64,000 nucleotides of DNA from Veleropilina oligotropha (Eukaryota): the NCBI GenBank assembly GCA_048128005.1, contig JBEUKZ010000123.1:186001-250000 (forward strand). The letters run 5' to 3'. Positions 1-14,981 of this stretch are shown piece after piece. The translations under genes were made by a program, and so were the position numbers. Within the stretch, counting starts at the first letter, position 1. Each line of letters opens with the position of its first letter. The notes beneath the pieces are model-generated. The model made no database searches. It saw nothing but the letters and a program-made list of their open reading frames with translations, and was not told the origin of the DNA.

Positions 1-3000
1 TCATTTAGAGCAATGTAGGTCATCTGAGGTCAAAGGTCAAGGTGGATTTGGAATACCCACCCATGACTTCCCATAGGCTCCCTATAGTACCCATGTCTCT
101 AATTCCATTATTTAAATTTTTTTTAAATTATTTCAATTTGTAAAATTTTAATTCAAAATTGCCGCCGGCTAAAGTCGAAATTCAAAAATCCGCTCTTATA
201 TCACTCTAGACAATAAGTGCTGGTATATAAATATGTAAATCATGCAGCTCCGGGTTCATTATTAACAAAGTTATTCCAGGGTTTGATATTATGACGTAAT
301 TCAAGATGGCCGCCAGACTACTAGCGCCACCTATCTGATAAACCGCGCCACACAACTTCAGTATGGTATGATCATAGATGATGACTAACAATTAAGCAGC
401 TATAGCGGTTATTGAGCTACGGCCGACACAAAATCGTCCGGAATAATAATAATAAGAAGAATTAAAGCTGCTAGCAGCTGTGCAGGGCTTCAAGTTAGAG
501 CCATGTTATCGCATTAATTAGTTGAACACAAAACACACCTAAATTTTTTAGAATTTTTTTAAATTTTAAATGTTTTTGAAAGTTTGAAATTGAAAGTTTT
601 TCGATTTTTTTTATTATTTCCATTCAAAATATCTAAGCTCTAGCATCAATATTAACCGAGTTGGCCATTTCGTGACCATTTTCTGGCAAAAAAAGGGCGT
701 TTCCCTTAATTAGGTCATTTACTGCAATGTAGGTTAACTGAGGTCAAAGGTCAATGTCACATGTGAAAGATGAACCATGACTTCCCATAGGCTCCCCATA
801 GTAAGTATGTGTCTGCGGTGCATACTTTTTGATATATTGCCACTTGAAATTTTATTTTTTATTTTTTTTTTAAATTGAAAGTTTTTCGAATTTTTTTATT
901 ATTTACATTCAAAATATCTAAGCTCTAGCATCAATATTAACCGAGTTGGCCATTTCGTGAACATTTTCTGGCAAAAATAGGGCGTTTCCCTTAATTAGGT
1001 CATTTACTGCAATGTAGGTCAACTGAGGTCAAAGGTCAAGGTCACATGTGAAAGATGAACCATGACTTCCCATAGGCTCCCCATAGTAACTATGTGTCTG
1101 CGGTGCATCCTTTTTGATATATTGCCACTTGAAACAAATGCTTTAATGGCTGGCGAGGCACTTCCTGTTTTTCGATTTTATCACGTAAATTTGATAAATG
1201 TCGACTACAGACATCAATAGTAGTTCTCTTGAACCACTATGGGCACATCCTTTTTTGATATATTGCCACTTGAAACAAATGCTTTAATGGCTGGCGAGGC
1301 ACTTCCCGTTTTTCGATTTTATCACGTAAATTTGATAAATGTCGACTACAGACATCAATAGTAGTTCTCTTGAACCACTATGGGCACACATGTATGCATT
1401 TTTCCTTAATTAGGCCATTTCCTGCAATGTAGGTCACCTGAGTCCAAAGGTCAAGGTCATTTTCGAAAGCCCACCCATGACTTCCCATAGGCTCCCCATA
1501 GTAACCATGGGTCTACGTTGCATCATTTCCAAGATTTAGCCATTTTAAATTGATTTCAGTATGGCCGCCGGTTAAATTTAAAATGTTCAAATGGAGATAT
1601 CTCGAAAAGTACGTGGCGTACGAACCTGAAATTTGCGGCATTCGATTCAGAATTATAATATAAATATACAAAAATGAAGAAAAATAATTTTTGTAAAAGT
1701 TTAATTTTTTTTAAATTTAAAAAAAAATTAATGAAATTTGTTTTTCATTTTATAATATGCATATGGCCACTCTGAATCGAATGGCCAGTAGTTTCATGAT
1801 TCTACGCCCAGTAGTTCTCGAGATCTGGCCATTTTACAAATTATTTTGGCGGCCATTTTGTTTTTTTTGATCGAAATTTTTTTTTGACCTAATTTAAAAT
1901 ATCTAAGCTCTAGGATCAGTTTTAACCTAGTTAGCCCCTTTTATGACCATTTTCTATGGTCCAAATAGGCAAACTAAGATTTTTCCTTAATTAGGTCATT
2001 TAGAGCAATGTAGGTCATCTGAGGTCAAAGGTCAAGGTGGATTTGGAATACCCACCCATGACTTCCCATAGGCTCCCTATAGTACCCATGTCTCTAATTC
2101 CATTATTTAAATTTTTTTTTTAATTATTTCAATTTGTAAAATTTTAATTCAAAATTGCCGCCGGCTAAAGTCGAAATTCAAAAATCCGCTCTTATATCAC
2201 TCTAGACAAAAAGTGCTGGTATATAAATATGTAAATCATGCAGCTCCGGGTTCATTATTAACAAAGTTATTCCAGGGTTTGATATTATGACGTAATTCAA
2301 GATGGCCGCCAGACTACTAGCGCCACCTATCTGATAAACCGCGCCACACAACTTCAGTATGGTATGATCATAGATGATGACTAACAATTAAGCAGCTATA
2401 GCGGTTATTGAGCTACGGCCGACACAAAATCGTCCGGAATAATAATAATAATAATTAAAGCTGCTAGCAGCTGTGCAGGGCTTCAAGTTAGAGCCATGTT
2501 ATCGCATTAATGATTTGAACACAAAACACACCTAAATTTTTTTGAATTTTTTTAAATTTTATTGAATTTTTTTTTTTAAATTGAAAGTTTTTCGAATTTT
2601 TTTATTATTTCCATTCAAAATAGCTAAGCTCTAGCATCAATATTAACCGAGTTGGACATTTCGTGACCATTTTCTGGCAAAAATAGGGCGTTTCCCTTAA
2701 TTAAGTCATTTACTGCAATGTAGGTCAACTGAGGTCAAAGGTCAAGGTCACATGTGAAAGATGAACCATGACTTCCCATAGGCTCCCCATAGTAACCATG
2801 GGTCTACGTTGCATCATTTCCAAGATATAGCCATTTTAAAAAAATTAAAAAAAAATTGTTTTTTTTAAATCGAATTTTTTTATTATTTCCATTTAAAATA
2901 TCTAAGCTCTAGCATCAATATTAACCGAGTTGGCCATTTCGTGACTATTTTCTGGCAAAAATATGGCGTTTCCCTTAATTAGGTCATTTACTGCAATGTA

Positions 3001-6000
3001 GGTCAACTGAGGTCAAAGGTCAAGGTCACATGTGAAAGATGAACCATGACTTCCCATAGGCTCCCCATAGTAACTATGTGTCTGCGGTGCATCCTTTTTG
3101 ATATATTGCCACTTGAAACAAATGCTTTAATGGCCGGCGAGGCACTGCCTGTTTTTCGATTTTATCACGTAAATTTGATAAATGTCGACTACAGACATCA
3201 ATAGTAGTTCAATTCAACCACTATGGGCACACATTTATGCATTTTTCCTTAATTAGGTCATTTCCTGCAATGTAGGTCACCTGAGGTCAAAGGTCAAGGG
3301 CATTTTCGAAAGCCCACCCATGACTTCCCATAGGCTCCCCATAGTAACCATGGGTCTACGTTGCATCATTTCCAAGATATAGCCATTTTAAATATTTTAA
3401 AAAAAAAATTGTTTTTTTTAAATCGAATTTTTTTATTATTTCCATTCAAAATATCTAAGCTCTAGCATCAATATTAACCGACTTGGCCATTTCGTGACCA
3501 TTTCCTGGCAAAAATAGGGCGTTTTTCTTAATTAGGTCATTTACTGCAATGTAGGTCAACTGAGGTCAAAGGTCAAGGTCACATGTGAAAGATGAACCAT
3601 GACTTCCCATAGGCTCCCCATAGTAACTATGTGTCTGCGGTGCATCCTTTTTGATATATTGCCACTTGAAACAAATGCTTTAATGGCCGCCGAGGCACTT
3701 CCTGTTTTTCGATTTTATCACGTAAATTTGATAAATGTCGACTACAGACATCAATAGTAGTTCAATTCAACCACTATGGGCACACATGTATGCATTTTTC
3801 CTTAATTAGGTCATTTCCTGCAATGTAGGTCACCTGAGGTCAAAGGTCAAGGTCATTTTCGAAAGCCCACCCATGACTTCCCATAGGCTCCCCATAGTAA
3901 CCATGGTTCTACGTTGCATCATTTCCAAGATATAGCCATTTTAAATTGATTTCAGTATGGCCGCCGATTAAATTAAAAATTCAAAAATCCACTCTCATGA
4001 CATTTTTGACAAACGACTCTGGCATCCGAATATACTAATCATGTCCCTCTAGGTTAAAAATTAACAAAGTTATAAAAGAAGCTAGTTTATGACGTAATCC
4101 AAGATGGCCGCCAGACCACTAGCGCCACCTACCTGATAAACCGCGCCACACTACTTCAGTATGGTATGATCATACATGGCGACTAATAATTAAGCAGCTA
4201 TAGCGGTTATTGACCTACGGCCGCTACAAAATCGTCCGGAATAATAATAAGAATAAGAAGAATAATAGAAATTCTAATAAAAACAATAGGTCTTCAAGCC
4301 TGAAGTGCTTGAAGCCCTAATAATAATAATTAAAGCTGCTAGCAGCTGTGCAGGGCTTCAAGTTAGAGCCATGTTATCGCATTAATTAGTTGAACACAAA
4401 ACACACCTACATTTTTTAGATTTTTTTTAAATTTTATTTAAATTTTTTTTAAAAATTGAAAGTTTTTCGATTTTTTTTTTATTTCCATTCAAAATATCTA
4501 AGCTCTAGCATCAATATTAACCGAGTTGGCCATTTCGTGACCATTTCCTGGCAAAAATAGGGCGTTTCCCTTAATTATGTCATTTACTGCAATGTAGGTC
4601 AACTGAGGTCAAAGGTCAAGGTCACATGTGCAAGATGAACCATGACTTCCCATAGGCTCCCCATAGTAACTATGTGTCTGCGGTGCATCCTTTTGGATAT
4701 ATTGCCACTTGAAACAAATGCTTTAATGGCCGGCGAGGCACTTCCTGTTTTTCGATTTTATCACGTAAATTTGATAAATGTCGACTACAGACATCAATAG
4801 TAGTTCTCTTGAACCACTATGGGCACACATGTATGCATTTTTCCTTAATTAGGTCATTTCCTGCAATGTAGGTCACCTGAGGTCAAAGGTCAAGGTCATT
4901 TTCGAAAGCCCACTCATGACTTCCCATAGGCTCCCCATAGTAACCATGGGTCTACGTTGCATCATTTCCAAGGTATAGCCATTTTAAATTTTATTTAAAA
5001 AAAAATTTAAAATTGAAAGTTTTTCGATTTTTTTTATTATTTCCATTCAAAATATCTAAGGTCTAGCATCAATATTAACCGAGTTGGCCATTTCGTGACC
5101 ATTTCCTGGCAAAAATAGGGCGTTTCCCTTAATTAGATCATTTACTGCAATGTAGGTCAACTGAGGTCAAAGGTCAAGGTCACATGTGAAAGATGAACCA
5201 TGACTTCCCATAGGCTCCCCATAGTAACTATCTGTCTGCGGTGCATCCTTTTTTATATATTGCCACTTGAAACAAATGCTTTAATGGTCGCCGAGGCACT
5301 TCCTGTATTTCGATTTTATCACGTAAATTTGATAAATGCCGACTACAGACATCAATAGTAGTTCACTTCAACCACTATGGGCACACATGTATGCATTTTT
5401 TCTTAATTAGGTCATTTCCTGCAATGTAGGTCACCTGAGGTCGAAGGTCAAGGTCATTTTCGAAAGCCCACCCATGACTTCCCATAGGCTCCCCATAGTA
5501 ACCATGGGTCTACGTTGCATCATTTCCAAGATTTAGCCATTTTAAATTGATTTCAGTATGGCCGCCGGTTAAATTTAAAATGTTCAAATGGAGATATCTC
5601 GAAAAGTACGTGGCGTACGAACCTGAAATTTGCGGCATTCGATTCAGAATTATAATATAAATATACAAAAATGAAGAAAAATAATTTTTGTAAAAGTTTA
5701 AATTTTTTTAAATTTAAAAAAAAAATTAATGAAATATTTTTTCATTTTATAATATGCATATGGCCACTCTGAATCGAATGGCCAGTAGTTTCATAATTCT
5801 ACGCCCAGTAGTTCTCGAGATCTGGCCATTTTAAAAATTATTTTGGCGGCCATTTTGTTTTTTTTTATCGAAATTTTTTTTTGACCTAATTTAAAATATC
5901 TAAGCTCTAGGATCAGTTTTAACCTAGTTAGCCCCTTTTATGACCATTTTCTATGGCCCAAATAGGCAACCTAAGATTTTTCCTTAATTAGGTCATTTAG

Positions 6001-7992
6001 AGCAATGTAGGTCATCTGAGGTCAAAGGTCAAGGTGGATTTGGAATACCCACCCATGACTTCCCATAGGCTCCCTATAGTACCCATGTCTCTAATTCCAT
6101 TATTTAATTTTTTTTTTAATTATTTCAATTTGTAAAATTTTAATTCAAAATTGCCGCCGGCTAAAGTCGAAATTCAAAAATCCGCTCTTATATCACTCTA
6201 GACAATAAGTGCTGGTATATAAATATGTAAATCATGCAGCTCCGGGTTCATTATTAACAAAGTTATTCCAGGGTTTGATATTATGACGTAATTCAAGATG
6301 GCCGCCAGACTACTAGCGCCACCTATCTGATAAACCGCGCCACACAACTTCAGTATGGTATGATCATAGATGATGACTAACAATTAAGCAGCTATAGCGG
6401 TTATTGAGCTACGGCCGTTACAAAATCGTCCGGAATAATAATAATAATAATAATAATAATTAAAGCTGCTAGCAGCTGTGCAGGGCTTCAAGTTAGAGCC
6501 ATGTTATCGCATTAATTAGTTGAACACAAAACACACCTACATTTTTTAGCATTTTTTTTAAATTTTTTTAAAAAATTGAAAGTTTTTCGATTTTTTTTAT
6601 TATTTCCATTCAAAATATCTAAGCTCTAGCATCAATATTAACCGAGTTGGCCATTTCGTGACCATTTTCTGGCAAAAATAGGGCGTTTCCCTTAATTAGG
6701 TCATTTACTGCAATGTAGGTCAACTGAGGTCAAAGGTCAAGGTCACATGTGAAAGATGAACCATGACTTCCCATAGGCTCCCCATAGTAACTGTGTCTGA
6801 GGTGCATCCTTTTTTATATATTGCCACTTGAAACAAATGCTTTAATGGCCGGCGAGGCACTTCCTGTTTTTCGATTTTATCACGTAAATTTGTTAAATGT
6901 CGACTACAGACATCAATAGTAGTTCTCTTGAACCACTATGGGCACACATGTATGCATTTTTTCTTAATTAGGTCATTTCCTGCAATGTAGGTCACCTGAG
7001 GTCGAAGGTCAAGGTCATTTTCGAAAGCCCACCCATGACTTCCCATAGGCTCCCCATAGTAACCATGGGTCTACGTTGCATCATTTCCAAGATTTAGCCA
7101 TTTTAAATTGATTTCAGTATGGCCGCCGGTTAAATTAAAAATGTTCAAATGGAGATATCGCGAAAAGTACGTGGCGTACGAACCTGAAATTTGCGGCATT
7201 CGATTCAGAATTATAATATAAACATACAAAAATGAAGAAAAATTATTTTTGTAAAAGTTTAAATTTTTTTAAATTTAAAAGAAAAATTAATGAAATATTT
7301 TTTCATTTTATAATATGCATATGGCCACTCTGAATCGAATGGCCAGTAGTTTCATAATTCTACGCCCAGTAGTTCTCGAGATCTGGCCATTTTAAAAATT
7401 ATTTTGGCGGCCATTTTGTTTTTTTTATCGAATTTTTTTTTTGACCTAATTTAAAATATCTAAGCTCTAGGATCAGTTTTAACCTAGTTAGCCCCTTTTA
7501 TGACCATTTTCTATGGCCCAAATAGGCAACCTAAGATTTTTCCTTAATTAGGTCATTTAGAGCAATGTAGGTCATCTGAGGTCAAAGGTCAAGGTGGATT
7601 TGGAATACCCACCCATGACTTCCCATAGGCTCCCTATAGTACCCATGTCTCTAATTCCATTATTTAAATTTTTTTTTAATTATTTCAATTTGTAAAATTT
7701 TAATTCAAAATTGCCGCCGGCTAAAGTCGAAATTCAAAAATCCGCTCTTATATCACTCTAGACAATAAGTGCTGGTATATAAATATGTAAATCATGCAGC
7801 TCCGGGTTCATTATTAACAAAGTTATTCCAGGGTTTGATATTATGACGTAATTCAAGATGGCCGCCAGACTACTAGCGCCACCTATCTGATAAACCGCGC
7901 CACACAACTTCAGTATGGTATGATCATAGATGATGACTAACAATTAAGCAGCTATAGCGGTTATTGAGCTACGGCCGTTACAAAATCGTCCG

Positions 7993-8036
<44 letters not shown>

Positions 8037-11000
8037 GAGAACGGAATAAAACCAATAGGTCTTCAAGCCTGAAGTGCTTGAAGCCCTAATTAAAGCTGCT
8101 AGCAGCTGTGCAGGGCTTCAAGTTAGAGCCATGTTATCGCATTAATTAGTTGAACACAAAACACACCTAAAATTTTTAGATTTTTTTTAAATTTTATTTA
8201 AATTTAAAAAAAAAAAAAGTTTTTCGATTTTTTTTATTATTTCCACTCAAAATATCTAAGCTCTAGCATCAATATTAACCGAGTTGGCCATTTCGTGACC
8301 ATTTTCTGGCAAAAATAGGGCGTTCCCCTTAATTAGGTCATTTACTGCAATGTAGGTCAACTGAGGTCAAAGGTCAAGGTCACATGTGAAAGATGAACCA
8401 TGACTTCCCATAGGCTCCCCATAGTAACTATGTGTCTGCGGTGCATCCTTTTTGATATATTGCCACTTGAAACAAATGCTTTAATGGCCGGCGAGGCACT
8501 TCCTGTTTTTCGATTTTATCACGTAAATTTGATAAATGGCGACTACAGACATCAATAGTAGTTCTCTTGAACCACTATGGGCACACATGTATGCATTTTT
8601 CCTTAATTAGGTAATTTCCTGCAATGTAGGTCACCTGAGGTCGAAGGTCAAGGTCATTTTCGAAAGCCCACCCATGACTTCCCATAGGCTCCCCATAGTA
8701 ACCATGGGTCTACGTTGCATCATTTCCACGATATAGCCATTTTAAATTGATTTCAGTATGGCTGAAAATTTAAAATGTTCAAATGGAGATATCTCGAAAA
8801 GTACGTGGCGTACGAACCTGAAATTTGCGGCATTCGATTCAGAATTATAATATAAATATAAAAAAATGAAGAAAAATATTTTTTGTAAAAGTTTAAATTT
8901 TTTTAAATTTAAAAAAAAAATTAATGAAATATTTTTTTCATTTTATAATGTGCATATGGCCACTCTGAATCGAATGGCCAGTAGTTTCATAATTCTACGC
9001 CCAGTAGTTCTCGAGATCTGGCCATTTTAAAAATTATTTTGGCGGCCATTTTGTTTTTTTTGTTCGAAAATTTTTTTTGACCTAATTTAAAATATCTAAG
9101 CTCTAGGATCAGTTTTAACCTAGTTAGCCCCTTTTATGACCATTTTCTATGGCCCAAATAGGCAAACTAAGATTTTTCCTTAATTAGGTCATTTAGAGCA
9201 ATGTAGGTCATCTGAGGTCAAAGGTCAAGGTGGATTTGGAATACCCACCCATGACTTCCCATAGGCTCCCTATAGTACCCATGTCTCTAATTCCATTATT
9301 TAAATTTTTTTTTAAATTATTTCAATTTGTAAAATTTTAATTCAAAATTGCCGCCGGCTAAAGTCGAAATTCAAAAATCCGCTCTTATATCACTCTAGAC
9401 AATAAGTGCTGGTATATAAATATGTAAATCATGCAGCTCCGGGTTCATTATTAACAAAGTTATTCCAGGGTTTGATATTATGACGTAATTCAAGATGGCC
9501 GCCAGACTACTAGCGCCACCTATCTGATAAACCGCGCCACACAACTTCAGTATGGTATGATCATAGATGATGACTAACAATTAAGCAGCTATAGCGGTTA
9601 TTGAGCTACGGCCGACACAAAATCGTCCGGAATAATAATAATAAGAATTAAAGCTGCTAGCAGCTGTGCAGGGCTTCAAGTTAGAGCCATGTTATCGCAT
9701 TAATTAGTTGAACACAAAACACACCTTTTCTGCTCATTTAGTCAATAATTGTCAGCAGTAAGTCTACCCACTATCGGCACATATATGCGTTCTTTCCTTA
9801 ATATGTCAATTATAGCAGCGTAGGTCACATGAGGTCAAAGTCGCGATGAAATTTGAAAGTTCACCCATGATTCCCATAGGCTTCATACTGTAACTATGTG
9901 TCTATGATGCACCATTTAAAAAAACAATTAATGAAATATTTTTTTCATTTTATAATATGCATATGGCCACTCTGAATCGAATGGCCAGTAGTTTCATAAT
10001 GCTACGCCCAGTAGTTCTCGAGATATGGCCATTTTAAAAATTATTTTGGCGGCCATTTTGTTTTTTTTGATCGAAATTGTTTTTTGACCTAATTTAAAAT
10101 ATCTACGCTGTAGGATCATTCTACGCCCAGTAGTTCTCGAGATATGTCCATTTTAAAAATTATTTTGGCGGCCATTTTGTTTTTTTAATCGAAATATTTT
10201 TTTGACCTAATTTAAAATATCTAAGCTCTAGGATCAGTTTTAACCTAGTTAGCCCCTTTTATGACCAGATATGGCCATTTTAAAAATTATTTTGGCGGCC
10301 ATTTTGTTTTTTTTGATCGAAATTGTTTTTTGACCTAATTTAAAATATCTAAGCTGTAGGATCAGTCTACGCCCAGTAGTTCTCGAGATATGGCCAATTT
10401 AAAAATTATTTTGGCGGCCATTTTTTTTTTTTTTAATCGAAATTTTGTTTTGACCAAATTTAAAATATCTAAGCTCTAGGATCAGTTTTAACCTAGTTAG
10501 CCCCTTTTATGACCATTTTCTATGGTTCAAATAGGCAAACTAAGATTTTTCCTCAATTAGGTCATTTAGAGCAATGTAGGTCATCTGAGGTCAAAGGTCA
10601 AGGTGGATTTGGAATACCCACCCATGACTTCCCATAGGCTCCCTATAGTACCCATGTCTCTAATTTCATTATTTAACTTTTTTTTTAAATTATTTCAATT
10701 TGTAAAATTTTAATTCAAAATTGCCGCCGGCTAAAGTCGAAATTCAAAAATCCGCTCTTATATCACTCTAGACAATAAGTGCTGGTATATAAATATGTAA
10801 ATCATGCAGCTCCGGGTTCATTATTGACAAAGTTATTCCAGGGTTTGATATTATGACGTAATTCAAGATGGCCGCCAGACTACTAGCGCCACCTATCTGA
10901 TAAACCGCGCCACACAACTTCAGTATGGTATGATCATAGATGATGACTAACAATTAAGCAGCTATAGCGGTAATTGAGCTACGGCCGCCACAAAATCGTC

Positions 11001-11499
11001 CGGAATAATAATAATAATAATTAAATTTAAAATGTTCAAATGGAGATATCTCGAAAAGTACGTGGCGTACGAACCTGAAATTTGCGGCATTCGATTCAGA
11101 ATTATAATATAAATATACAAAAATGAAGAAAAATAATTTTTGTACAAGTTTAAATTTTTTTAAATTTAAAAAAAAAATTAATGAAATATTTTTTCATTTT
11201 ATAATATGCATATGGCCACTCTGAATCGAATGGCCAGTAGTTTCATAATTCTACGCCCAGTAGTTCTCGAGATCTGGCCTTTTTAAAAATTATTTTGGCG
11301 GCCATTTTGTTTTTTTATCGAAAAAATTTTTTGACCTAATTTAAAATATCTAAGCTCTAGGATCAGTTTTAACCTAGTTAGCCCCTTTTATGACCATTTT
11401 CTATGGCCCAAATAGGCAACCTAAGATTTTTCCTTAATTAGGTCATTTAGAGCAATGTAGGTCATCTGAGGTCAAAGGTCAAGGTGGATTTGGAATACC

Positions 11500-11882
11500 C
11501 ACCCATGACTTCCCATAGGCTCCCTATAGTACCCATGTCTCTAATTCCATTATTTAAATTTTTTTTTAATTATTTCAATTTGTAAAATTTTAATTCAAAA
11601 TTGCCGCCGGCTAAAGTCGAAATTCAAAAATCCGCTCTTATATCACTCTAGACAATAAGTGCTGGTATATAAATATGTAAATCATGCAGCTCCGGGTTCA
11701 TTATTAACAAAGTTATTCCAGGGTTTGATATTATGACGTAATTCAAGATGGCCGCCAGACTACTAGCGCCACCTATCTGATAAACCGCGCCACACAACTT
11801 CAGTATGGTATGATCATAGATGATGACTAACAATTAAGCAGCTATAGCGGTTATTGAGCTACGGCCGTTACAAAATCGTCCG

Positions 11883-11922
<40 letters not shown>

Positions 11923-14900
11923 TAAAGCTGCTAGCAGCTGTGCAGGGCTTCAAGTTAGAGCCATGTTATCGCATTAATTAGTTGAACACAAAACACATCT
12001 AAATTTTTTAGAATTTTTTAAATTTATTTAAATTTTTTTGAAAGTTTGAAATTGAAAGTTTTTGGATTTTTTTTTATTTCCATTCAAAATATCTAAGCTC
12101 TAGCATCAATATTAACCGAGTTGGCCATTTCGTGACCATTTTCTGGCAAAAATGGCGTTTCCCTTAATTAGGTCATTTCCTGCAATGTAGGTCAACTGAG
12201 GTCAAAGGTCAATGTCACATGTGAAAGATGAACCATGACTTCCAATATGCTCCCCATAGTAACTATGTGTCTGCGGTGCATACTTTTTGATATATTGCCA
12301 CTTGAAATTTTATTTAATTTTTTTTTTTAAAATTGAAAGTTTTTCGAATTTTTTTATTATTTCCATTCAAAATATCTAAGCTCTAGCATCAATATTAACC
12401 GAGTTGGCCATTTCGTGACCATTTTCTGGCAAAAATAGGGCGTTTCCCTTAATTAGGTCATTTACTGCAATGTAGGTCAACTGAGGTCAAAGGTCAAGGT
12501 CACATGTGAAAGATGAACCATGACTTCCCATAGGCTCCCCATAGTAACTATGTGTCTGCGGTGCATCCTTTTTGATATATTGCCACTTGAAACAAATGCT
12601 TTAATGGCCAGCGAGGCACTTCCTGTTTTTCGATTTTATCACGTAAATTTGATAAATGTCGACTACAGACATCAATAGTAGTTCTCTTGAACCACTATGG
12701 GCACACATGTATGCATTTTTCCTTAATTAGGTCATTTCCTGCAATGTAGGTCACCTGAGGTCAAAGGTCAAGGTCATTTTCGAAAGCCCACCCATGACTT
12801 CCCATAGGCTCCCCATAGTAACCATGGGTCTACGTTGCATCATTTCCAAGATTTAGCCATTTTAAATTGATTTCAGTATGGCCGCCGGTTAAATTTAAAA
12901 TGTTCAAATGGAGATATCTCGAAAAGTACGTGGCGTACGAACCTGAAATTTGCGGCATTCGATTCAGAATTATAATATCAATATACAAAAATGAAGAAAA
13001 ATAATTTTTGTAAAAGTTTAATTTTTTTCAAATTTAAAAAAAAATTAATGAAATATTTTTTTCATTTTATAATATGCATATGGCCACTCTGAATCGAATG
13101 GCCAGTAGTTTCATGATTCTACGCCCAGTAGTTCTCGAGATCTGGCCATTTTAAAAATTATTTTGGCGGCCATTTTGTTTTTTTTGATCGAATTTTTTTT
13201 TGACCTAATTTAAAATATCTAAGCTCTAGGATCAGTTTTAACCTAGTTAGCCCCTTTTATGACCATTTTCTATGGCCCAAATAGGCAAACTAAGATTTTT
13301 CCTTAATTAGGTCATTTAGAGCAAAGTAGGTCATCTGAGGTCAAAGGTCAAGGTGGATTTGGAACACCCACCCATGACTTCCCATAGGCTCCCTATAGTA
13401 CCCATGTCTCAAATTCCATTATTTAAATTTTTTTTTAAATTATTTTAATTTGTAAAATTTTAATTCAAAATTGCCGCTGGCTCAAGTCGAAATTCAAAAA
13501 TCCGCTCTTATATCACTCTAGACAATAAGTGCTGGTATATAAATATGTAAATCATGCAGCTACGGGTTCATTATTAACAAAGTTATTCCAGGGTTTGATA
13601 TTATGACGTAATTCAAGATGGCCGCCAGACCACTAGCGCCACCTATCTGATAAACCGCGCCACACAACTTCAGTATGGTATGATCATAGATGATGACTAA
13701 CAATTAAGCAGCTATAGCGGTTATTGAGCTACGGCCGACACAAAATCGTCCGGAATAATAATAATAATAATTAAAGCTGCTAGCAGCTATGCAGGGCTTC
13801 AAGTTAGAGCCATGTTATCGCATTAATTAGTTGAACACAAAACACCTTTTCTGCTCATTTAGTCAATAAGTGTCAGCAGTAAGTCTACCCACTATCGGCA
13901 CATATATGCGTTCTTTCCTTAATATGTCAATTATAGCAGCGTAGGTCACATGAGGTCAAAGTCGCGATGAAATTTGAAAGTTCACCCATGATTCCCATAG
14001 GCTTCATACTGTAACTGTGTGTCTATGATGCACCATTTAAAAAAAAAATTAATGAAATATTTTGTTCATTTTATAATATGCATATGGCCACTCTGAATCG
14101 AATGGCCAGTAGTTTCATAATTCAACGCCCAGTAGTTCTCGAGATATGGCCATTTTAAAAATCTTAGCTCTAGGATCAGTTTTAACCTAGTTAGCCCCTT
14201 TTATGACCAGATATGGCCATTTTAAAAATTATTTTGGCGGCCATTTTGTTTTTTTTGATCGAAATTTTTTGTTGACCCAATTTAAAATATCTAAGCTGTA
14301 GGATCAGTCTACGCCCAGTAGTTCTCGAGATATGGCCATTTTAAAAATTATTTTGGCGGTCATTTTTTTTTTTTAATAGAAATTTTTTTTTGACCTAATT
14401 TAAAATATCTAAGCTCTAGGATCAGTTTTAACCTAGTTAGCCCCTTTTATGACCATTTTCTATGGCCCAAATAGGCAAACTAAGATTTTTCCTTAATTAG
14501 GTCATTTAGAGCAATGTAGGTCATCTGAGGTCAAAGGTCAAGGTGGATTTGGAATACCCACCCATGACTTCCCATAGGCTCCCTATAGTACCCATGTCTC
14601 TAATCCCATTATTTAAATTTTTTTTAAATTATTTCAATTTGTAAAATTTTAATTCAAAATTGCCGCCGGCTAAAGTCGAAATTCAAAAATCCGCTCTTAT
14701 ATCACTCTAGACAATAAGTGCTGGTATATAAATATGTAAATCATGCAGCTCCGGGTTCATTATTAACAAAGTTATTCCAGGGTTTGATATTATGACGTAA
14801 TTCAAGATGGCCGCCAGACTACTAGCGCCACCTATCTGATAAACCGCGCCACACAACTTCAGTATGGTATGATCATAGATGATGACTAACAATTAAGCAG

Positions 14901-14941
14901 CTATAGCGGTTATTGAGCTACGGCCGTTACAAAATCGTCCG

Positions 14942-14981
<40 letters not shown>

